Assembly (NCBI GenBank): GCA_023251395.1
Contig: JAHEYW010000005.1
Coordinates: 1 to 41,694, forward strand
DNA length: 41,694 nucleotides
DNA from: Bacteroidales bacterium
Lineage (GTDB): Bacteria > Bacteroidota > Bacteroidia > Bacteroidales > VadinHA17
Direction of reading: 5' to 3'
Shown here: positions 35,682-41,694 of the stretch, in pieces
Numbering within the stretch: position 1 is the first letter of the stretch
How the letters are laid out: every line of letters begins with the position of its first letter
Notes under the pieces: model-generated
The model's input: the letters and a program-made list of their open reading frames with translations, nothing else
What the model was told of the DNA's origin: nothing
Database searches by the model: none
Translations under genes and position numbers: made by a program

Positions 35682-35724
35682 CTCCGAGTCTCTGCAGGAA
35701 ACTGAGATGACTCGTAGTTTTTTT
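35682..35724 (+). terminator. Rho-independent terminator after GH54-like copy 2
   Basis: CGAGTC (35685-90) pairs with GACTCG (35709-14) and is followed by TTTTTTT. The loop sequence is shared with the copy-1 terminator. Confidence 0.7.
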
Positions 35725-35823
35725 CAGAAAATTATATAATTTTAATTAACCTTTTCACTTAGGATATGCTTTAGAGGATCGATTGCCTTTTTGATGGATC
35801 TTAGACCTTTTTAAACTCTTACA

Positions 35824-35837
35824 GGTTGCTTGCAACC
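35824..35837. promoter_or_regulatory. 6-2-6 inverted repeat GGTTGC-TT-GCAACC; possible operator
   Basis: Perfect palindrome arms ~45 nt upstream of the ABC ATPase start. Confidence 0.2.
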
Positions 35838-35881
35838 GATGATGAAGACTATTAATTAGATGACCTGGAAATGGTTTAATT

Positions 35882-36805
35882 ATGGATGAAATAATTAGAA
35901 CTGAGAACTTATCAAAGCAATATGGCGAGTTACTGGCCGTTTCAGATATGTCGCTGAATGTCAGGAAAGGTGAGATCTATGGATTCCTGGGACTTAATGG
36001 TGCTGGAAAAACGACAACAATCCGTATGCTGCTTGGAATGATACGTCCCACTTCAGGCAGTGCTTTCATTGATGGCAAGAGGGTATTTGCTGACAATCAT
36101 GAGCTCTGGAAAATCATTGGTTCGCTGGTTGAAATACCTTATTCATATCCTAATCTGACCGTTTATGAGAACCTTGAAATAATTCTACGCCTTCGTTTCA
36201 TTTCAGATAAAGGTTCAATAAATAGAGTCATCGATAAACTTAAACTGAGTTCTTATAGAAATATTAAAGCCAGGAACCTGTCGCTTGGAAATGCACAACG
36301 GCTTGGTCTTGCTAAAGCACTCATACACAATCCTGAAATACTTATCCTCGATGAACCAACTAATGGTCTCGATCCCGCCGGGATCTATGAGATCAGGGAA
36401 TTGTTAAAAGTTATGGCAGAAAAACTAGGTGTAACAATCTTTATTTCAAGCCATATACTCGGCGAGATATCGAGGTTTGCGACTCGAATAGGAATTATTC
36501 ATGAGGGCAGATTAATACAGGAAGTAGACACCAGCCAACTGGACAAACTTTGCAGGAAACGTTTATTAATTGATGCTAGAGACAAACAGGCTGTATATTC
36601 TTCGCTTATGCAGAGTGGTTATTCTTTGTCAGAAACGAAAGACGGTCGCTTTGAACTACTTGACGAAAAGGCTGTAAGAAACCCGGAAGTTATTGCTACA
36701 CTTATGGTGCATGCTGGATGTCCGCCTACCTTATTGCATGTTGAGGAGGAAGATCTTGAATCATATTTTTTAAGAACTATCGGGATAAAAGAAGATCTGA
36801 GATGA
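35882..36805 (+). CDS. ABC transporter ATP-binding protein (ABC-2 exporter type)
   Basis: Walker A GLNGAGKTT, signature LSLGNAQRL, Walker B ILILDEP. Confidence 0.9.
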   Translation: MDEIIRTENLSKQYGELLAVSDMSLNVRKGEIYGFLGLNGAGKTTTIRMLLGMIRPTSGSAFIDGKRVFADNHELWKIIGSLVEIPYSYPNLTVYENLEIILRLRFISDKGSINRVIDKLKLSSYRNIKARNLSLGNAQRLGLAKALIHNPEILILDEPTNGLDPAGIYEIRELLKVMAEKLGVTIFISSHILGEISRFATRIGIIHEGRLIQEVDTSQLDKLCRKRLLIDARDKQAVYSSLMQSGYSLSETKDGRFELLDEKAVRNPEVIATLMVHAGCPPTLLHVEEEDLESYFLRTIGIKEDLR

Positions 36806-37584
36806 AAAATATAAAGGCAACCCTTCTACCTGAATTTGTAAAGCTTCGTAGATCAGGGATCTTCTGGATTACAATAATTATTTTCATCATTATTCCACTT
36901 ATGATGGGCTTAATGATGTTTGTTGCAAAAAATCCTGCAATAGCTGCAAAACTTGGTCTGGTGGGAACTAAGTCCTCATTATTTGGAAGAAATGATTGGC
37001 CTGGTTTTATGGGACTATTGCTCCAGTCTCTGGCCTCAATTGGATATATTGGTTTCGGGTTTGTCACCAGCTGGGTTTTTGGCCGGGAATTCTCCGATCG
37101 TACGTTAAAGGATATTCTTGCATTACCGGTCACCCGTTCATCCATTGTAATTTCTAAATTTATTGTGATAGTAATCTGGTGCATATTGCTCATTTTGGTC
37201 CTTTTCTCAACCGGACTTCTAATGGGGTGGTTATTAGACATTCCCGGCTTGTCGGTACAGCTCTTTTTGCGATTCTCCGAAAAATACTTTATAACATCCT
37301 TCCTCACAATATTGATCTGTACTCCGGTTGCATTCTTTGCATGTTATGGAAGAGGAATAATAGCACCGATAGGTTTTCTGATCATTTCACTTGTTATGGC
37401 CCAGTTTGCAGGACTTATTGGTCTCGGACCATATTTTCCCTGGGCAATACCGGGTGTTTATACAGCACCAGCCGGCACCGAAGGAATGCAACTTTTCTTA
37501 AGCAGCTATGTTATCCTTGCTTTAACCTGTATACTGGGCTTTGCCGGAACAATAGCCTGGTGGCGATATGCTGATCACTATTGA
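36802..37584 (+). CDS. ABC-2 family transporter permease
   Basis: Six TM segments. Its ATGA start overlaps the ATPase stop. Similar to lantibiotic/bacitracin-immunity-type ABC-2 permeases. Confidence 0.7.
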   Translation: MKNIKATLLPEFVKLRRSGIFWITIIIFIIIPLMMGLMMFVAKNPAIAAKLGLVGTKSSLFGRNDWPGFMGLLLQSLASIGYIGFGFVTSWVFGREFSDRTLKDILALPVTRSSIVISKFIVIVIWCILLILVLFSTGLLMGWLLDIPGLSVQLFLRFSEKYFITSFLTILICTPVAFFACYGRGIIAPIGFLIISLVMAQFAGLIGLGPYFPWAIPGVYTAPAGTEGMQLFLSSYVILALTCILGFAGTIAWWRYADHY

Positions 37585-37771
37585 GGTTTCGATGTATATC
37601 CGTCTCTGGTTACTCCGGTTTGAATTCATATCCACTTAACCCACAAATGTTATTATAGGCACCACGCAGTATATTGAGCTATTCTTTAGATAAATTGCTT
37701 ATTTTTAGAATTATTTAATGAGTTTTAAGTTTCAGCTATTTTATGGATACTTAATATTTAATAATTCAAAA

Positions 37772-39286
37772 ATGAAAAGACTAAAATATATTGCGCTCAT
37801 GTTTATACTTTCAGTCACCATTCCTGCTCCTGGACAAACTAAAAATACAGGATTATTCAGCGAAAGCTCAGATATTGGTAATCCAGCTATTAAAGGCAGT
37901 ACTGTATATAATGAAAATGATCAGACATACCTGTTGTCAGGAGGGGGTAAAAACATGTGGTTGAATGAGGATCAGTTCCAGTTCCTCTATAAAAAAATCA
38001 AAGGTGATTTTATTATCAGTGCAACAGTTAAATTCCTTGGCAAGGGTGTTGAAGGGCATAGGAAAATAGGAATAATGGCCCGTGAAAACCTGACAAAAGG
38101 GTCAAAGTATGCAGATGGAGCATTGCATGGAGGCCTGCCTCTTAATACTTCACTTCAGTACAGGCTTACTGATGGAGATACCACAGGCCAGGTATTGATT
38201 TCAACGGTTCATCCAACGGAGATTGAATTTGAACGTTCCGGTAATACTTTTACCTTTTCCGCGGCAACCCCCGGTGAAATTTATAAATCTGTGACAAAAC
38301 AAGTATCATTGAATGAAGAGGTTTATGCCGGTCTTTTTATCTGTTCACATAATGAATCTGTAAAAGAACAGGCGCTCTTCAGTAACGTAAGGATAATAAT
38401 TCCGCCTGGAAAGAACTATGTACCCTATCAGGATTATATCGGAAGCCATCTGGAAACAATGGATATCAGCACTGGTCATCGCATGATCCTGAAAAGTGAA
38501 AAAGGTTCTATTCAGTGTCCGAACTGGACTAAAGATGGCAAATCACTCATTTACAACAGCGCCGAAGGATTATTGTACAATTATGACATAGCTACAGGCG
38601 TTACAAAAAAGATCAATTCTGGTCCTGCAATACAGAACAACAATGACCATGTAATATCACCTGACGGTAAAATGATTGCGATCAGTAATTATGTCGGCCC
38701 GGGGCGAAAATCAACAATTTTTATAATGCCTCTGGAGGGTACTGATAACCCGACAAAAATCTCTTCTGAAGAATCAGGTCACTCGTATCTCCACAGCTGG
38801 TCACCTGACGGTAAGAATATCCTCTTTACAGGACAGCGAAATGACGAATGGGATATCTATTCTATTAATATTGATACGAAGAAGGAAACGAACCTTACTA
38901 ATTATGCTGGTCTTGATGATGGTTCAGAATACAGTCCAGACGGAAAGTGGATCTATTTTAATGCAGTGAGGACCGGAACCATGCAGATATGGAGGATGAG
39001 ACCAGATGGTTCAGAGCAGGAACAAGTGACATTTGATGAATTTAACAACTGGTTCCCGCATTTTTCTCCGGACGGAAAATGGATCGTGTATGAATCATAT
39101 CCCAAAGATATTGATCCTCTTACACATCCATTTTACAAGAGAGTATATCTGCGTATTATGCTTGCCAGCGGGGGGATCCCAAGAACAATTGCCTATATAT
39201 ATGGAGGACAGGGCTCAATTAACGTTCCATCATGGTCGCCTGACAGTAAGATGATAGCATTTATCACTAATGCAAAAATGGATTAA
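37772..39286 (+). CDS. Secreted protein: ConA-like/DUF1349-like beta-sandwich N-domain and TolB-like PD40 beta-propeller
   Basis: Signal peptide from the internal ATG (MKRLKYIALMFILS). Six PD40-type repeats (W.KDGKSLIY, SPDGKMIAIS, SPDGKNILFT, SPDGKWIYFN, SPDGKWIVYE, SPDSKMIAFI). Confidence 0.7.
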   Translation: MKRLKYIALMFILSVTIPAPGQTKNTGLFSESSDIGNPAIKGSTVYNENDQTYLLSGGGKNMWLNEDQFQFLYKKIKGDFIISATVKFLGKGVEGHRKIGIMARENLTKGSKYADGALHGGLPLNTSLQYRLTDGDTTGQVLISTVHPTEIEFERSGNTFTFSAATPGEIYKSVTKQVSLNEEVYAGLFICSHNESVKEQALFSNVRIIIPPGKNYVPYQDYIGSHLETMDISTGHRMILKSEKGSIQCPNWTKDGKSLIYNSAEGLLYNYDIATGVTKKINSGPAIQNNNDHVISPDGKMIAISNYVGPGRKSTIFIMPLEGTDNPTKISSEESGHSYLHSWSPDGKNILFTGQRNDEWDIYSINIDTKKETNLTNYAGLDDGSEYSPDGKWIYFNAVRTGTMQIWRMRPDGSEQEQVTFDEFNNWFPHFSPDGKWIVYESYPKDIDPLTHPFYKRVYLRIMLASGGIPRTIAYIYGGQGSINVPSWSPDSKMIAFITNAKMD

Positions 39287-39404
39287 ACTGGAATTATCTC
39301 ACAACCAGATTAATACGAAGTGTTATTGTAGTCAATTTATTTTTTTCTGACATTTAATTGTCTTATCTCTCTTTTATTATATTTATAGTCCTGGAATCGG
39401 CACT

Positions 39405-39866
39405 ATGAAAAAGTATTTAATATCAACCCTTTTTTTGCTGTCGGGGATCATTTGTTATCCACAGTCGGTCAAGACTGAACCGGCCAGCAAAATTCAGATC
39501 ACTTACAAAGACATTCTTGAACTACGACTTCAGGTCCTCGCCTTGCAAATTACATCCGGAACATATAAATCCCCCGAAAAAGGGAAGGTTGATTATACCG
39601 TTTCAATAGGAATTAGTTATCCGAAGAAAATTGCATACGGGATTGAAAAAGAAGTAAAGAATGCATTATCAAAAGAGGCACAGCAAAACATTATTGAAGA
39701 GGGATTTGTATTCGTAAAAAGAAGCATTACAGAACTTATCAGGAATAATTATCCTGAATTGAATATTGATTATACAAAAGATATCAGTGGATTCTGGTAT
39801 CTGAAAAATGGTGACTCCCCTTATGCTAAATGGGAAAATGACAAATTCCTGTGGATAAATCAATAA
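39405..39866 (+). CDS. Hypothetical secreted protein
   Basis: Signal peptide and a clean ORF. No family recognised. Confidence 0.4.
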   Translation: MKKYLISTLFLLSGIICYPQSVKTEPASKIQITYKDILELRLQVLALQITSGTYKSPEKGKVDYTVSIGISYPKKIAYGIEKEVKNALSKEAQQNIIEEGFVFVKRSITELIRNNYPELNIDYTKDISGFWYLKNGDSPYAKWENDKFLWINQ

Positions 39867-39997
39867 CTTGTAATTAAGAGAAGAATTCTGATTAGTTCAC
39901 AACCGCCTGCCAGCGGATATTTGATTATGGTTCAAGTCAATATTCCTATGAACCTGTATGGTTTGTTCCTTTGTGACGAAAATTAAAAATCCTGATT

Positions 39998-40519
39998 ATG
40001 GACCAGAATTTATTCTTTGTTTCGGCTATTGTATGCCTGATAACTCATATCTTGAGATTGGTTTATGAAATATTAAAGCATAGAGAGATAATGAAAGCTG
40101 GCAAGTTATCCTTTTTTATTATGTTCACTAATATGGTATTGTTATGGGTCTCCTGGTTCATTTTATGCAGCAGTGATATTTACAGAATCGACCTTCCTGC
40201 AGTTTTAAACTATCTAGGAATATTTCTGTCATGCCTAGGATTATTTGCCTTCATTTCTGGATTGCTCATAATTAAAACACTGGAAAGTTATGACGGTGAT
40301 CTGATAACAACTGGGATCTATTCAAAAATTCGGCATCCCATGTATTTAGGTTTTATACTCTGGTCGATTGGCTTTCCTCTGTTTTTCGGGGCCCCCTTTG
40401 CATTATTGCTTGGCCTTTTGTTTATAATGAATATCCTATTCTGGAGACAACTGGAGGAGATTGAACTGGAGAAAAGATTTCCTTCTTACCGTGAATACAA
40501 AAGAACTACATGGTTCTAA
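39998..40519 (+). CDS. Isoprenylcysteine carboxyl methyltransferase (ICMT)/PEMT-like membrane methyltransferase
   Basis: Four or five TM segments and GIYSKIRHPMYLGFILWSIG, the family signature. Confidence 0.7.
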   Translation: MDQNLFFVSAIVCLITHILRLVYEILKHREIMKAGKLSFFIMFTNMVLLWVSWFILCSSDIYRIDLPAVLNYLGIFLSCLGLFAFISGLLIIKTLESYDGDLITTGIYSKIRHPMYLGFILWSIGFPLFFGAPFALLLGLLFIMNILFWRQLEEIELEKRFPSYREYKRTTWF

Positions 40520-40545
40520 ATATTGGCTTTATTTGAATGAAAAAA

Positions 40546-40625
40546 GGGCGGTACAAATGTTTCGCTGCATTTCCTTAGTGCTAAAAGGAACTCCAGATTA
40601 ATGGAGTAAAAGGGATGTACCGCCC
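40546..40625. other. 80-nt element closed by a perfect 10-bp GC-rich stem, with two internal hairpins
   Basis: GGGCGGTACA (40546-55) pairs with TGTACCGCCC (40616-25). Internal hairpins are TTCCTT/AAGGAA (40571-90) and CTCCA/TGGAG (40591-606). A run of A precedes it, which gives a T-tract after the stem on the minus strand. Confidence 0.3.
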
Positions 40626-40779
40626 AGGATTCTTATAAAGTATTTTACTTACACGCTCGATGCAACAGAAGCAAATTTAGATTATTTTTTTTAGATATCA
40701 TAATCTTTTTTAGCAAACTTTCATTGCCCTGATAATGTGGGCCTTAAGAACAGCACTGTGCTAAAGTGGATATCTTCAA

Positions 40780-41253
40780 TCAGAGTCTCAGTGACCTGAC
40801 AGTCAGAGAGTTTTTGTCAGAGATCTCCCCGTTTTTATCCATGCAACATGAAACTATTTCGATCCTGGTTTTTAGTACAGGTGACGATTTGAAAACAGAT
40901 CCGATTATTTCCCGAAGATCGCTCGAATCAAGTGACTCGTAATCCGGAAGATCAAAATACATATGAATAATCAGGGAAGAACCAGATTTATCAATATGGG
41001 AAAGCAAGAGCAGGATCTTTACAATCCATTTTAGAGAGGCTACATTAAAATACTCAAGTTGCAGTTGAAAGTTTGTTATTTTTGATGGCGATTTTATATA
41101 TTCTGTCACCCAGGAATAAACAGGTTCATAGCAGATTACAGTATTCTCGGGTATTGATCTTCCTGCCAGAATAAGATCTCCCGATATATTATCGAAATCA
41201 ATCATTGGTGTTTTTCCCGTCCCCTCTATAAAGTACCGGCTCAAATTCTGCAT
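40780..41253 (-). CDS. DUF1987 (SiaC-like) protein
   Basis: TPMIDFDNISGDLILAGRSIPENTVICYEPVYSWVTEY and FQLQLEYFNVASLKWIVKIL match the DUF1987 pattern. Confidence 0.7.
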   Translation of the reverse strand: MQNLSRYFIEGTGKTPMIDFDNISGDLILAGRSIPENTVICYEPVYSWVTEYIKSPSKITNFQLQLEYFNVASLKWIVKILLLLSHIDKSGSSLIIHMYFDLPDYESLDSSDLREIIGSVFKSSPVLKTRIEIVSCCMDKNGEISDKNSLTVRSLRL

Positions 41254-41302
41254 ACAATATTTTAAGTTGCCATCATAACACTTCCTTTTTCTCTCCTGCC
41301 TT

Positions 41303-41683
41303 TCAGTGGCTCCAGATGGATATATAATTGAATTGTATATTTACAATCGAGGAAATATATTTTCCTCTCTCCAGCATTTCATCATCTCCTGATTCATAGT
41401 ACCAGCTTATCACGACTTTTTTATTAAGAGTGATGAGGTATATAAATTTCCGGATGATATTCAGGAAGGATGTAAGGTTCCTTGTGGAAAAATATTCCAG
41501 TGAAATCTCAATAAATGTAACATCTCTCGAATCGCTCCAATAACTCTCGATCCAGTCCATGATTGAAATATAGCTTTCGCTGGAAATATCTTCTATCCAG
41601 CGACCATTAATTTGGACAATACCGTTAGTATTCAGAATTACTTCAGGTATTTTTGAAGTACCAGCAATAATTATATTACTCAT
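41303..41683 (-). CDS. DUF1987 (SiaC-like) protein, divergent tandem paralogue
   Basis: Same layout (IPEVILNTNGIVQINGRWI.ED...YISIMDWIESY...FIEISLEYFSTRNLTSFLNII), but the conserved SIPEN is replaced by WIEDI. Confidence 0.65.
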   Translation of the reverse strand: MSNIIIAGTSKIPEVILNTNGIVQINGRWIEDISSESYISIMDWIESYWSDSRDVTFIEISLEYFSTRNLTSFLNIIRKFIYLITLNKKVVISWYYESGDDEMLERGKYISSIVNIQFNYISIWSH

Positions 41684-41694
41684 CCCCTTTCTAG

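Noticed and set aside
40546-40625. A tRNA or tRNA-like gene, suggested by a 7-bp acceptor-like stem GGGCGGT/ACCGCCC and an ~80-nt length
   Set aside because: The putative anticodon loop would be 8 nt and the T-loop 6 nt, without the TTCRA motif. About 10 unpaired nt separate the last hairpin from the 3' stem. There are no D-loop GG residues or other invariant positions.

Overview
The window is a 41.7 kb chromosomal segment from a low-GC, Bacteroidota-like genome. That assignment rests on DUF5686, DUF4251-like and DUF5652 proteins, several PD40/TolB-like proteins, and TAnnTTTG promoter boxes. About 36 protein-coding genes are packed tightly. I recognise no rRNA, tRNA, CRISPR array, transposase, integrase or phage gene.

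Gene content by region:
- 1-7 kb: envelope and lipid housekeeping. DegV, a DUF1295 membrane protein, an APC permease, a lipoprotein, a DedA/ATP-grasp fusion and an OmpA-like protein.
- 7.3-10.5 kb: a small accessory patch. A four-helix-bundle (23S rRNA IVS protein/Avd-like) gene sits inside inverted heptamer repeats, followed by a signal-less S8 subtilase with a small partner ORF and a LamG-like gene.
- 10.5-18.6 kb: secreted and outer-membrane proteins.
- 18.7-21.6 kb: two plant-cell-wall enzymes, a CE15 esterase and a clan GH-A glycosidase.
- 21.8-25.3 kb: a four-gene lipid or pigment tailoring operon.
- 26.2-35.7 kb: the most unusual locus. A sugar-porter MFS is followed by two paralogous ~1100-aa proteins, and a VKOR-thioredoxin disulfide oxidoreductase gene lies between them. 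Each protein's N-terminus is a near full-length match to the mostly fungal, disulfide-dependent GH54 alpha-L-arabinofuranosidase catalytic domain. That domain is fused to a lamin-tail domain split by a large repeat insertion.
- 35.9-41.7 kb: an ABC-2 exporter pair, a TolB-like protein, an ICMT-like methyltransferase and two tandem DUF1987 (SiaC-like) genes at the right edge.

Three otherwise intact genes (DegV, LamG-like, CE15) each carry exactly one in-frame stop codon and no frameshift. All calls come from reading the translated ORFs and the DNA by eye. No database search was run.
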